The notes beneath the pieces are model-generated. The model worked only from the letters and a program-made list of their open reading frames with translations, did not search any database and was not told the DNA's origin. From Sedimentisphaerales bacterium (GTDB taxonomy: Bacteria; Planctomycetota; Phycisphaerae; Sedimentisphaerales; SM23-30), in contig CAXXMR010000002.1 in assembly GCA_963663805.2 (NCBI GenBank), positions 96,001-160,000 on the forward strand: a stretch of 64,000 nt of DNA. The letters run 5' to 3'. Position numbers and translations under genes: made by a program. This document shows, piece by piece, positions 9,911-20,282 of the stretch. Within the stretch, counting starts at the first letter, position 1. Each line of letters starts with the position of its first letter.

Positions 9911-10503
9911 AATGAGGAATCCTTATTCAATTCATAGTTGTTGCGGTGATGCAATTCACCATACAAATAGTATTTTTGTTTTTCTACATCAGTTAATTTG
10001 AAATCATTATTTATCAATACCTTTTGTGAGCCGATGTTTTTATTGTAGGTCCAGGCCTTTAATTTTGTAAAACCCAATTCGGTAAAAGCAATATCTATGG
10101 CCATGGAAACAGCCTGTGACATATAGCCCTGTCCCCAGTAATCGGGGCCAATCCAGAAACCAATGTCAGCCACATGATGTTCTTTATTTATCCTGGTAAT
10201 CGAAACAATTCCAGCTACTTTGTTAGATGCTTTTTTTGCCTCAACTGCAAATCTAAATACACGTTTTTCCTCTATTCCAAAGATGGCCTTAAAGCCCATC
10301 GCCAGCGTTTTGTGGGCATATCGCAGTATTCTATGCGTGAGTTGAAATATCACATTGTTATGTTTAGCAGCAAGAGGTTCAGAAATCCATTTACCAACTT
10401 CTTTTCGACGAATGTTTTTGTAAACATCAATTGCATCCCAAATCCTCAAAGGTCTAAGCACCAATTTATCTGATTCTCGATGAAGTTCTTGCATTTCTCT
10501 CAC
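9907..10503 (-). CDS. GNAT N-acetyltransferase (RimJ/RimL type)
   Basis: LVLRPL, ADIGFWIGPDYWGQGYMS, NIGSQKVL motifs. Confidence 0.85.
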   Translation of the reverse strand: MREMQELHRESDKLVLRPLRIWDAIDVYKNIRRKEVGKWISEPLAAKHNNVIFQLTHRILRYAHKTLAMGFKAIFGIEEKRVFRFAVEAKKASNKVAGIVSITRINKEHHVADIGFWIGPDYWGQGYMSQAVSMAIDIAFTELGFTKLKAWTYNKNIGSQKVLINNDFKLTDVEKQKYYLYGELHHRNNYELNKDSSL

Positions 10504-10620
10504 TTTTCGACCACCTGCTGGAACACTTTGATAAAATTCTGTGTTCCGATATCAAAAGGCAAATACTCTTTACAAAATTCTCTGACATTCAATTCCATAT
10601 TTTTTATTTTATCAGCCCAT
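10500..10620 (-). pseudogene. Probable C-terminal remnant of a glycosyltransferase
   Basis: Open frame WADKIKNMELNVREFCKEYLPFDIGTQNFIKVFQQVVEK*, resembling GT4 C-terminal helices; its TGA overlaps the GTG start of the next gene. Confidence 0.4.
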
Positions 10621-10637
10621 ATTGAAAACCATATCCG

Positions 10638-11879
10638 TTACTGATTGCAGATCAGTCGTTCATATTTATTGATAACACTAGCAGGAGAGAAAAACTTTTC
10701 GGCATATTCGCGTGCATTCAACCCGAAATCACAACACTTCAATTCATCATCAGCCAACTGCACAATACTATCAGCCAACGCTTGCGGGTTCTGTGGTGGA
10801 CACACCAAACCACAAGGTGCGCTGCTTATAAGTCGGGCGGTATCAGAATTTTCTGCAGCGGAGGCAATTACCGGCCGACCGGCGGCCATGTAACCTAATA
10901 CTTTACTCGGTACACTTGAAATCCCAGAATCCGGCAATAATGTCACCAAGCCAACATCAGCGGTCCCCTGGACTTCCTTTAGTCGACTATCCGGCTGAAA
11001 GGGCAAGAAACGAAGATTAGCAGTTCCGGCATCTCTTGCCATAGTTTCCAACTCTTTTTTTACAACACCTTCACCCACCACCAAAATAAGAATGTTTTTA
11101 CGATGCTCAAGAAGTTTGGCTGTTTCAACAAGAATTTGTGCACCACTAGTGTAACCAATTGTACCGGCAAAAAGAGCGACAAATGTTTCGGGGGGGATGC
11201 TCTGCTCGCGACGCCAAGGATTGTCGCGCGAGATAGGTTTGATTTTCTGCGTATCGATCCAAAATGGGATGACATCGACATTCCCGGGTGCAATACCGCG
11301 GGCGACGACCTCATCCTTCATACCCTGCCCCAAAACACTGATTGCATCGCTGCACCTGCAATTCAGAGTGTCAATTTTACGAATGATGCGATACAGCAGA
11401 TTATTCTTTATAAGTCCTGCATTTAAAATAGCCTCTGGCCAAAGGTCAAAGATTACGTTTACAAATCGCGCCCTCCACAAACGAGCCAGGGCCCAAGCTG
11501 TCCAAACGCCCATCAAGGGAGTAGAAAGGCAGACAACAACATCATGACGGCCAAGTGATAAACCATTGAGAAATGAACTAGCTGCAAAGGAGGCATAAAC
11601 TCCCATACGGCGAATCGGTGAACTTTTATCTGCTATCATCATTGCCACTCGCTGCACATTGTGCCGACCGTGACGCTCCATTTGTCGCCATTTTTGCTGG
11701 TAGCCTGGAAAAAGTTTTCCTTGAGGATGATTAGGCCAGCCTGTTTGTACCGTGACCTGATGGCCTTTATCAGTAAGGGCATCAGCCAACTCCCTAACCA
11801 TTATCCCGGCAGGAGCAACCTCGGGCGGATAGACATAACAAATAATTAGGATTTTCAAAGTCTTATATTCCCATTTCAC
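10638..11879 (-). CDS. Glycosyltransferase family 4 (WbuB-like)
   Basis: YPPEVAPAG, DLWPEA, VPSKVLGYMAAGRPVI. Confidence 0.9.
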   Translation of the reverse strand: MKWEYKTLKILIICYVYPPEVAPAGIMVRELADALTDKGHQVTVQTGWPNHPQGKLFPGYQQKWRQMERHGRHNVQRVAMMIADKSSPIRRMGVYASFAASSFLNGLSLGRHDVVVCLSTPLMGVWTAWALARLWRARFVNVIFDLWPEAILNAGLIKNNLLYRIIRKIDTLNCRCSDAISVLGQGMKDEVVARGIAPGNVDVIPFWIDTQKIKPISRDNPWRREQSIPPETFVALFAGTIGYTSGAQILVETAKLLEHRKNILILVVGEGVVKKELETMARDAGTANLRFLPFQPDSRLKEVQGTADVGLVTLLPDSGISSVPSKVLGYMAAGRPVIASAAENSDTARLISSAPCGLVCPPQNPQALADSIVQLADDELKCCDFGLNAREYAEKFFSPASVINKYERLICNQ

Positions 11880-11970
11880 TCATAATTCTTTACGCATGAC
11901 TAATGTCCGGCTCCGCTACAGATGTTTCTGTTAGCTATGCTTTTGAGGTGTTTGAACAATTCTCTGGTTA

Positions 11971-13155
11971 TCAAGGTTGAGTATTTATAGTTTGTTCCAG
12001 ACAATTTATTGATAATTCAATATTCTTTTTTAAATCAAAGTATGTTATTGCCTTGTGACGTCCAATTTGGCCCAGGAATTCACGCTTGCTGGGATTGTCC
12101 AGCAGTAGTTGAATGCAAGCGACCAGTTCGTCATCAGCAAAAGGTTGGGCCAGATAACCGGTCTGGTCATTGTCGATTAATTCTCCCACCGCTTCAATAT
12201 CGAAGCCGACTACCGGTTTGCCACAGGCCATTGCTTCGGCTATTGTCCTGCCAAATGATTCCGTTTCTGAGGGATGTATTACTATATCCAGGCAATTGTA
12301 AATGTTTGCTACGTCAGTTCTGGGACCGGCCCATATAATATTATCTTCGATTTCATGTTTTTTTGCCAAGTGAGATAAATTTTCGACATACTTGTTTTCT
12401 TCTTTGAGATTGCTGTTTAAAACTCCTCCCACAATTACGCATTTAAGTTCAGGGTAATTAGGAACTAGCTTTGCCATCGCCTGAATTAAATGGTGAACGC
12501 CTTTGCGCGGCACAAGGTGGCATACAGTCCCAATGACTAAATGGTGCTCGTCAAGGCCCAATTCTTTCATTAAAGCTATATCTTTGGGGGTAGGCTTAAA
12601 AACATCGCAATTAACACCATTATAAATTTTATCACATTTCCACTCTGGTATCTTCAGAGACAAAAGCCGGTTAACGACAATCTGTGAGACGCCGATATAT
12701 TTATCAACCCACCGCTGTTGCAGTTTAAAAAAGACACGGCTGGCAATACCCAATTCTGAGAAACGAGCCCCCCTTACAATTACGATGGCTGGAATCCCTG
12801 CCTTGTGAGCAGCCCGCGGCATAAACAGCATGTTTTCAGAATTAATGCATAGCAAGTCGGCTTTTATATCTTGGAGTCGTTGAGTTAATCTTTTTGATAT
12901 CCGGAAAGAGTTATACAAGTAATTGATTAGACTAAAAGGATTTTTGAACCGGATGTTGACACCCAGATCAGGGATCGAATGTGTCTTCAAGTGGGGACTA
13001 TCAATTTTTATATCATCTGCCGTAGGCGCAAAAATATGTACTTCATGACCTCGACGTAATGATTCTTCTGCTAATTGACGCATACCAATGTTAGGGCCTA
13101 TAGTTTTGCCGGACCAGGGGTTCACAAATGCCAATTTGAGATAGGGATTAGACAT
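11971..13155 (-). CDS. Glycosyltransferase family 4
   Basis: IYNGV, PRKG, PSETESFGRTIAEAMACGKPVV (Ex7E). Confidence 0.92.
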   Translation of the reverse strand: MSNPYLKLAFVNPWSGKTIGPNIGMRQLAEESLRRGHEVHIFAPTADDIKIDSPHLKTHSIPDLGVNIRFKNPFSLINYLYNSFRISKRLTQRLQDIKADLLCINSENMLFMPRAAHKAGIPAIVIVRGARFSELGIASRVFFKLQQRWVDKYIGVSQIVVNRLLSLKIPEWKCDKIYNGVNCDVFKPTPKDIALMKELGLDEHHLVIGTVCHLVPRKGVHHLIQAMAKLVPNYPELKCVIVGGVLNSNLKEENKYVENLSHLAKKHEIEDNIIWAGPRTDVANIYNCLDIVIHPSETESFGRTIAEAMACGKPVVGFDIEAVGELIDNDQTGYLAQPFADDELVACIQLLLDNPSKREFLGQIGRHKAITYFDLKKNIELSINCLEQTINTQP

Positions 13156-13208
13156 TAATTAATACGATCCTGATTTAAAACATTCACTGTTGCCGGTTTG
13201 TGTACATT

Positions 13209-14567
13209 CTAGACGACATAGCAATTCGGGAATTCATTACATTGCAGTTTGGGGTTAAGATCCTCTGGCATATTATACATTTCCTCTAGATATGCTGCCT
13301 CTTCCCGGCTGATCCGAAGAAGTCGCGTGCTCATAATGCTTATCAGTACACAAGAGGTACTGGCAACATTGCTGGGGGAGCATATTGCCCCCTCAAAAAA
13401 ACCTGCGGCGATGAAACCTAGACTGAAACCAATGAAAAGACGAGCCATATCACGAGTTTCATCGTCCCTTGCTTTAAAGAACAAAACTATAGATTGACCC
13501 GCTAAAACAATGTAAGCAAGCGAAAAAAGCCCTAGGCCTATTGGTCCGGCGGTTACCCATGCAAACAAATAAGCATTATGAAATGTTTGGGATCCAAAAC
13601 CCATCCCGGTAAATGGATTATTCAACGCCAACTCTAACCCCCTATGATAATCAATGTCTCTTTCTGTTAAATCTGTGCTAAAAAACCGCTCAGTGATAAA
13701 CTCGCTTTGCCTTGGGAGAATACTGACAATTAGCAAACATACTCCTGTCAGAAGAATCAATATCAGGATTGACTTCATCATGCGACGTATTCCAAAGCGT
13801 GACAATAAAGGAATACACGCGATCATTCCTGCAAATGTGCCTGTACGCTGGCCACTTAGCAGCAAAAACCCAAAAATACTAATAGTAAGAAATAGTCCTA
13901 ATATTCGTCTACTGTTTTTTGCTCGCAAAGAGAAAAACAAAACAAAGGGTAAAAGTGCCCCCCCGGTCAACACATACAACGGTGCCGACTCACCACCTGC
14001 CATGCCGCCAAATCTTCCTGCCTCACGAATGCTTGGCAATGCAATCAAACTCATTATTATATAAGCTATGGCAGCAATTACGAAAAGCGTAATTATCCTT
14101 CTTATATCGTCCCGCGTTTGAATAGTATTTGCTACGGCAACTGCCATCGGCCCGGTCATCACCAACATCAATCCAGCCCTCTGGATGCCGTAGGATGGAA
14201 TAGGAACGTTAAACGCCCCCATGATTGCCATAATTGAAAATAAGGATAGTAAAATAGCTGGCAACCCTGGATTTGAAATACCAAAAACTAAAGTTCCTCC
14301 CAAAAAAACCATGACCGTCCAACGGAGTAGTGTGCTGCCAGCATCCAACGCCTCTAGAGGATGCCCGGAAAACATTAATGCTACAACAAATATCGCTAAT
14401 AAAATTATGCGACGATTAAGTGCTGCCAGCAGCAGTAAGACAATTACAATAATTCCACCAAACATTACTGCCGTCCCACTGCCAGTTTGGGAAAGTTCGG
14501 CCATACGGCCAAAAAGGTCACTTCCTTCTAGGGCCAATAAATTCCTTGTCGTTATATTTAGCAACAT
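13209..14567 (-). CDS. Wzy polymerase / O-antigen ligase family membrane protein
   Basis: Many hydrophobic segments; LLSGQRTG, NPFTGMGFG and FHNAYL motifs. Confidence 0.8.
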   Translation of the reverse strand: MLLNITTRNLLALEGSDLFGRMAELSQTGSGTAVMFGGIIVIVLLLLAALNRRIILLAIFVVALMFSGHPLEALDAGSTLLRWTVMVFLGGTLVFGISNPGLPAILLSLFSIMAIMGAFNVPIPSYGIQRAGLMLVMTGPMAVAVANTIQTRDDIRRIITLFVIAAIAYIIMSLIALPSIREAGRFGGMAGGESAPLYVLTGGALLPFVLFFSLRAKNSRRILGLFLTISIFGFLLLSGQRTGTFAGMIACIPLLSRFGIRRMMKSILILILLTGVCLLIVSILPRQSEFITERFFSTDLTERDIDYHRGLELALNNPFTGMGFGSQTFHNAYLFAWVTAGPIGLGLFSLAYIVLAGQSIVLFFKARDDETRDMARLFIGFSLGFIAAGFFEGAICSPSNVASTSCVLISIMSTRLLRISREEAAYLEEMYNMPEDLNPKLQCNEFPNCYVV

Positions 14568-14597
14568 ATCACTTAGAACTCCCTGTCGTGTTTAGAC

Positions 14598-15851
14598 CTA
14601 CCTGCAATTCAATATTGCCTTAAGGATTGTCCGGTTGATAATTTCAACAAAACCCTTTCTAGATTTTGCACGCAGAAGGCAAGCTTGAGATACTTCCCAA
14701 AGAGCATTAGAAAAACGATCTAGCCCCCAGTTTGATATTATTTTTTTACCAGCTAGCCCCATTTGCTGCCTTTCTGGCTCTGGGGTACTGGTCATTCGGC
14801 AAAGAACCTGACTCATTTCTGCAATTGAAAAAGGATCAAACACCCAGCCGTTTTTTCCAGAAATCACCAAATCATGGTAACAGTGGCTTCTGTTACTTAC
14901 CAATACCGGAAGTGAAGCAGCCATGGCTTCGTTAACGACAAGCCCCCAGGTCTCGCGCACGCTTGGCAGCCAAAGAGCATTACATCGAGCGTAATATTCT
15001 GACAGTTGCTCAGTGTTAACGAATCCCGCAAGATGTACATGTTCTTTTAGAGAATAAAGCTGAATGTTTTTTTCTATCAGTTCTCGTTGTGGTCCATCAC
15101 CACATAGCACCCAGTGCCAAGCATCAGCTTTCATTTCACGTTGATAGGCAGCATATGCTTCTATTGCTAGCAGAAGGTTTTTCTCTGGAATAAATCGCGC
15201 AGGTGTAATTAAAAAGGGCTTCTTCAGCCAAAATACCGCTCGTTTACTGGCATCTGCTCTCAATGATTCTGCCGTTTGGCTGAAAAAGGTATTATCAACC
15301 ACATCGATTCCAACCTTGATTTGAGAATCAGGCATCCCTAATGTTTTTAAGTACTCAACAGAAGTTTTGCCTGCGGCAAGACCTCCATCGCAACATCCCA
15401 AAATTCGCCGCTTTACAAATTCCAGAGGCCAGCTACGAGGCCGGTCATCTACGCTACTGTCTGTCATAACAGCGACTCCACGTCGATTCTTTCTGCACCA
15501 ATCAATTGCTGCCAGCGTATCCCGTGACATCCAGCCTGTAACTATAACAACATCTGGTTTGTGTCGGTCAAGACTATCAACCACCGATTTTCGCATGGAT
15601 CCAGCTTTGATATCTTGCCAGCGTTTTGTTGGGAATAATGTCTCCCGCCGAAACCCATCATCGCCAACCTTCTCCCATAGAATGTAATTCTGCGTTTTAG
15701 AAGCGGTCTCTATCGCGATCAATTCAACATTCTTGTCTTGCAGGAATGTTGTTGCCTCGCGTAATCTGGCGCCATGATAAGGTCCAATCTGTAAGAGCAT
15801 TATCGCTATTTTGGCAGGTCTGTTTTTCATGTTTATTTGATGATTTGGCAT
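14598..15851 (-). CDS. Glycosyltransferase family 4
   Basis: RFIPEKN, PSVRETWGLVVNEAMAASLPV. Confidence 0.92.
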   Translation of the reverse strand: MPNHQINMKNRPAKIAIMLLQIGPYHGARLREATTFLQDKNVELIAIETASKTQNYILWEKVGDDGFRRETLFPTKRWQDIKAGSMRKSVVDSLDRHKPDVVIVTGWMSRDTLAAIDWCRKNRRGVAVMTDSSVDDRPRSWPLEFVKRRILGCCDGGLAAGKTSVEYLKTLGMPDSQIKVGIDVVDNTFFSQTAESLRADASKRAVFWLKKPFLITPARFIPEKNLLLAIEAYAAYQREMKADAWHWVLCGDGPQRELIEKNIQLYSLKEHVHLAGFVNTEQLSEYYARCNALWLPSVRETWGLVVNEAMAASLPVLVSNRSHCYHDLVISGKNGWVFDPFSIAEMSQVLCRMTSTPEPERQQMGLAGKKIISNWGLDRFSNALWEVSQACLLRAKSRKGFVEIINRTILKAILNCR

Positions 15852-15870
15852 TCATTGTCCCTAGAGTGCT

Positions 15871-16368
15871 TTATCTTAAGCTTTTAATAATGCGAGCAGG
15901 CACCCCCCCTACCAGCACATTGGGCGGGCAACTTTGTGTAACAACGGCTCCGGCTGCGATAACAGCACCACATCCGATTTTCACCCCTCCCAACACAACA
16001 CTGCGTGCACCAATCCAAACACCGTTGCCGATCTCTATCGGCATACTTTTACCATTGCCTGCTCGTTGTTGACTTGCTCCCATTTCATGGCTTCCCACTA
16101 CTAGGAGACATTTTGGTGCAATATCGCAGTTCGTACCAATTCGAATGTGTGCTTTGGGAGAAGCGATTAACCAAGTATCGGGTCCGATCCAGGAATTAGA
16201 GCCAATTTCAACATTCTTATCTTCAAAAACAGCCTTACTGTGTACACGAACATTCTTGCCTATTTTTAAACCGGCTCTTCTCAGCAACCATCGCTTCAGG
16301 CCAAATAAACGTGTTCTAGGAACAAATCTCAATATTGCCATCATAAATAAAAATTTGATAGTCGTCAT
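15871..16368 (-). CDS. Hexapeptide-repeat O-acetyltransferase
   Basis: IEIGNGVWIGARSVVLGGVKIGCGAVIAAGAVV..GGVPARII left-handed beta-helix. Confidence 0.9.
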   Translation of the reverse strand: MTTIKFLFMMAILRFVPRTRLFGLKRWLLRRAGLKIGKNVRVHSKAVFEDKNVEIGSNSWIGPDTWLIASPKAHIRIGTNCDIAPKCLLVVGSHEMGASQQRAGNGKSMPIEIGNGVWIGARSVVLGGVKIGCGAVIAAGAVVTQSCPPNVLVGGVPARIIKSLR

Positions 16369-16477
16369 TCTCTTCTCAAATCAATGTTGAATTGCCCATA
16401 ATAGCCACTTGGTCTCTATCCTCTAATTGCCAAATATGTCTTTCTTGCAATAATGTAGTAAATGCTAAAGCAACTGT

Positions 16478-17503
16478 TCAACTTAATAGTATTCTGCGAG
16501 CATATTCTTTAAATCTTATGCTGGAAACTCGCGTAAGGAACAATCTGTCCACCAAGTAACACTGTGCTATCACCGCCAAAATTGGGACAACATAGATTAT
16601 TGGGAACAAAGTTAATGGGCCAATTTGTTTGAACCAGAAATTATGTATCCATAGTAATACCCAGTGCCAAAGATATAACCACATAGTATGAGAACCGACA
16701 AAGCGTACAAATCTACACCCTAATATAGCTACAATTCTGTCAGGAACAAATAAAAGGCCACCCATAAGCAAGGTGCTAATTGCCAGCGCATAACTAAAAT
16801 AACATATTCCCGGGGGAAACTTATCGAACTGAGTCCAAGGGAACGTGCCATAAGAATAGTGTTGCACAACAGCATGGATGCCAAAGAAAGTTCCGAAAGT
16901 CAGCACGTAAAAAAGCCACTCAATCCAGCTCATATCCCCAGAACGCATTCCATAAAATGCAATTGCACTGTATCCGATCAAATAAGGAATAACTAGGCCG
17001 ATCACTCGTATTGGAATCTCGCCTTCACCGTCCGGAAAAAAATGACGCGCATATTCATTAATTGCTAACCATGCAAAGAATACAGATGCAAATCTACCTG
17101 GGCTAGACACCTTTTTATACAACCGAATCAATGGAGGAGTAAACAATGCGGTGAGAAAAAATACGCGAATGATCCATACTCCAACTGGGCCGCTGAGCAA
17201 TGCAAAACTTCCGATGATATTTGCTGTGGGTACTGGATCCCAACAAGCCCTGATTGCTATAAATATCACTAGGAAAATCCATGTCGGAATCACCAAGCGA
17301 ATGAAGCGATCAATTACATATTGCCTGTATGGGCGGGGTCGCGAGAAACGCATAGCGCAAAACCCACCAACCATTACCAGCAGCGGCACGTCGAAATTGC
17401 GCAATTGAAACGCAAGGTTATCAGCTTTAATTCCACAATGAGCAAATATTACAGCTGTTATTCCGACAAATCGCAAAATATCTAGTCGACAATCTCTTTC
17501 CAT
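16478..17503 (-). CDS. Acyltransferase family 3 membrane protein
   Basis: LDILR..AVIFAH, FDVPL, RFIRLVIP, GSHTMWLYLWH. Confidence 0.85.
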   Translation of the reverse strand: MERDCRLDILRFVGITAVIFAHCGIKADNLAFQLRNFDVPLLVMVGGFCAMRFSRPRPYRQYVIDRFIRLVIPTWIFLVIFIAIRACWDPVPTANIIGSFALLSGPVGVWIIRVFFLTALFTPPLIRLYKKVSSPGRFASVFFAWLAINEYARHFFPDGEGEIPIRVIGLVIPYLIGYSAIAFYGMRSGDMSWIEWLFYVLTFGTFFGIHAVVQHYSYGTFPWTQFDKFPPGICYFSYALAISTLLMGGLLFVPDRIVAILGCRFVRFVGSHTMWLYLWHWVLLWIHNFWFKQIGPLTLFPIIYVVPILAVIAQCYLVDRLFLTRVSSIRFKEYARRILLS

Positions 17504-17577
17504 AATTGTTACTTATAAAAAAATTATGCTAGGTCTTAAATTACAGTATAGTTATGAAAAAATCCGCTAGCCTTGTC

Positions 17578-18963
17578 TTATAAGCTTGCATTGTTTTTCA
17601 TCCACTGCCAAGCAAGTGTGGGATAAATCCAGGCACACGTTAGGAGCAGACTGGCTAACATTGCTATGATCGCACCATTAGAACCCCACACTTTAGTTAT
17701 GGGATAGATCGCAGCACCCAACATTAAGGTCTGCGCAACTAATGACAAAGATATCGAGCGAATTCGACCCACACCAACAACAAAAGAATTAAAAACCTGA
17801 ACCCAGGCGTAAGCAACGGTAAAAACAGCGAATCCTGCAACCAAACCTCTGCTAATGCTTAACTCTTTTCTCGCAATCAATTCAAAGCCCCATTCACCTG
17901 CAATTACAGGAGCGGCAACAGCCACCACCGAGGCTGCGATACACAGAACCAAAGTACGACGCAACGTTAGTTTCATCCAAACATAGTCGCCTTTTTCGTT
18001 TGCTTCAGCGTACGCAGGCCAAAGAGGGCCGACGACTATGCCCACAACAAATCTTAGGTAACAGAACACTCTCTCTACAATGGCAAATGGTGCTACCACA
18101 GCAGCCCCTAGAGTATGCGCAATAGTCAAACGAGGTAGTGCTTCTTGGATGGCTACAGCTATTTGCATGACAAGAAACCACCCACCAACAGAAGTTACTG
18201 ATTTTGCGGTTGTCCAACTAAAATAGCGGATCGATGGCCTAATCTTTGGATGGCCACGCCAGAATAAGTGTACTCCATTACACAAGTCACTTAATATCGT
18301 GCCACTCATGAAAAAACCCACTAAGGCAGGCATATTTAATTTCAACTTTATACCTAAAAACATTAATATTAAACCCAAAACCGAACCACCACTTCGCCAT
18401 ATATTATTGATGTACTCCTCCTGATATGCTTTGTGAGTTGCCCGCACAATATTAAGTGCAAAATCCACAGAATAAAGGACAACAACCACTGTCATGGTCG
18501 GCCCAGATTCAAGGCGAGCTAAAGAAGAAGTTGCGCCGAATATTCGCCCCCAATCCAAAAACAAATTCGCAACCTCGAAGATACTAAGAATGATAGCGGA
18601 TACACACAATAGAGAAATAGATACACTGGTTACAAGTTTTCTTGCTTGCTCATTATGCTCTGTTTCTCGGAGTGCAGACAATTGACTAATCAACCCATTT
18701 CCTAACCCCAGATCCGTCACGCGAATTATCTGGACAGTGCCAACTATGGTCATCCAAATGCCAAATCGCTCATCTCCCAAGTAGGTTAAAGCGAGAGGTA
18801 TAGATACCAGCCCTATAATAACCATCAAGAACCGATTGCCAGCAGCTGACAGCGCTGTTCGGGCTGCACGACGATAACGGTCTTGGCTACGACCTGCGGC
18901 CGTGGAAAGATCGGGCTGTGGCGAAAAAACTAACTTACTAAGCTGTTTAATTCGTGAGATTAT
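17578..18963 (-). CDS. wzx: Wzx polysaccharide flippase (start probably upstream of the called TTG at 18828)
   Basis: About 12 TM segments; YLGDERFGIW, DLGLGNGL, PLWPAYAEA. The frame stays open 45 codons upstream to an ATA preceded by AAGGAG. Confidence 0.85.
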   Translation of the reverse strand: MISRIKQLSKLVFSPQPDLSTAAGRSQDRYRRAARTALSAAGNRFLMVIIGLVSIPLALTYLGDERFGIWMTIVGTVQIIRVTDLGLGNGLISQLSALRETEHNEQARKLVTSVSISLLCVSAIILSIFEVANLFLDWGRIFGATSSLARLESGPTMTVVVVLYSVDFALNIVRATHKAYQEEYINNIWRSGGSVLGLILMFLGIKLKLNMPALVGFFMSGTILSDLCNGVHLFWRGHPKIRPSIRYFSWTTAKSVTSVGGWFLVMQIAVAIQEALPRLTIAHTLGAAVVAPFAIVERVFCYLRFVVGIVVGPLWPAYAEANEKGDYVWMKLTLRRTLVLCIAASVVAVAAPVIAGEWGFELIARKELSISRGLVAGFAVFTVAYAWVQVFNSFVVGVGRIRSISLSLVAQTLMLGAAIYPITKVWGSNGAIIAMLASLLLTCAWIYPTLAWQWMKNNASL

Positions 18964-18997
18964 ACCAAATCTCCTTAGACATAAAAAATATGATCGC

Positions 18998-20182
18998 TCA
19001 ATTCTGCTCTGCGTTCAACCAGAACGCTTGTGTTAGCTTGTCCAAATAACATTTCGTACTTTGTTGTCTTGAATATTTTTTTTCGGCTAGCTTTCTGGCT
19101 TCATACTTATGTGCTTTCAATATATCTGGTTCAGCAAAATAACTGCAAATTGTGGTGGCCAGCTTTTCCGGACTTCGCGGAGGTATATTTGTTCCGCAGG
19201 GATAATCTCTGACCAGGTCCGCCAGTTCTGTGTTATCTGCGGTGACCGCCAGCAAGGCGGCGCCCGCCGCCAGGGTATAATAAGTTTTGGATGGTATCGA
19301 AACACCTTCGTAACCTTCGTCCAGGCAGACAATGCAGCAGTCACTGGCAGCCAGGGAATAAGGCAAGTCCTCCCAGGGCTGCAAATCCAACAGGGTGAGA
19401 TTGTCAAGCTTCTTTTCGCGTACCATTTGTTCAACTTCCTGCTCCCTTGTGCCGCCTCCGATCAGCATAAAATGTACTTCGGGAGTATCACGCAGAAGCT
19501 CTGCCGCCCTGATTATGGATTCAATATCATGGGTTTTGCCAAAAGCTCCGCTGTAGGTAACAACCAGCTTGTCAACCAGGTTGTGTTTCCGCGCAAAAGG
19601 ATTTTCTGATTTTGGCAGAGGACGAATAAAATCCGTATCCGCCCAGTTGGGGATGACATCAATATTTACATTATCCTCGCGTTGTAAATGCCCGCGTAAG
19701 GTATCGGCCATGTGGCTGCCCAGGGTTATTACGCCTTCTGCGTTCAAAAGCGATTTTCGACTTCGGTTCCGCCAGAAACGGGAAATAAAACCGCCGGAGC
19801 GGATCTTATCCATGCGCTCCATGACATCCGGGTATATGTCATAGATCAGCAAGCCGTAGCGCAGGCCGAATAGGCGCTTCAAAAAAGGGGCTGCCAGCAT
19901 TACTAAAGGAGGGTTTGTGGTGATCAAAGCGGGCTTGTCGGTCCTTATTAGTTTGACTAATGATGAAAGTGTAAATATCCCCCAGCTCCAGATCCGCTTC
20001 CATGCGGTGGTCTTATCAAGTCTTTTGGCCCATGCAATTTTATACGGCACTTTGGATTCTGGGCTTATATCCGCCCATCCTGTTAATAATTCACATTCAA
20101 CTCCGGCATTAGACATATCCTCCAGCAGTTGACACATCAATGGCCCCGAAACCTGATTAACTACTAATAAACGCTGCTTCAT
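18998..20182 (-). CDS. Glycosyltransferase family 4
   Basis: TTNPP, YDIYPD, IPNWAD, SIPSKTY. Confidence 0.9.
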   Translation of the reverse strand: MKQRLLVVNQVSGPLMCQLLEDMSNAGVECELLTGWADISPESKVPYKIAWAKRLDKTTAWKRIWSWGIFTLSSLVKLIRTDKPALITTNPPLVMLAAPFLKRLFGLRYGLLIYDIYPDVMERMDKIRSGGFISRFWRNRSRKSLLNAEGVITLGSHMADTLRGHLQREDNVNIDVIPNWADTDFIRPLPKSENPFARKHNLVDKLVVTYSGAFGKTHDIESIIRAAELLRDTPEVHFMLIGGGTREQEVEQMVREKKLDNLTLLDLQPWEDLPYSLAASDCCIVCLDEGYEGVSIPSKTYYTLAAGAALLAVTADNTELADLVRDYPCGTNIPPRSPEKLATTICSYFAEPDILKAHKYEARKLAEKKYSRQQSTKCYLDKLTQAFWLNAEQN

Positions 20183-20231
20183 TTTTGCTGGAGTGAGATA
20201 TAAAATTAATATAGGGTTGTATTGATAGGTT

Positions 20232-20272
20232 GTACCCCAGCCGCCAGCATGATTGCCGACGGCTGAGGGTAC
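20232..20272 (-). terminator. Long GC-rich hairpin just downstream of the FN3 gene
   Basis: Arms GTACCC-CAGCCG and CGGCTG-A-GGGTAC; no clear U-tract. Confidence 0.45.
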
Positions 20273-20282
20273 GAATCTGGGT

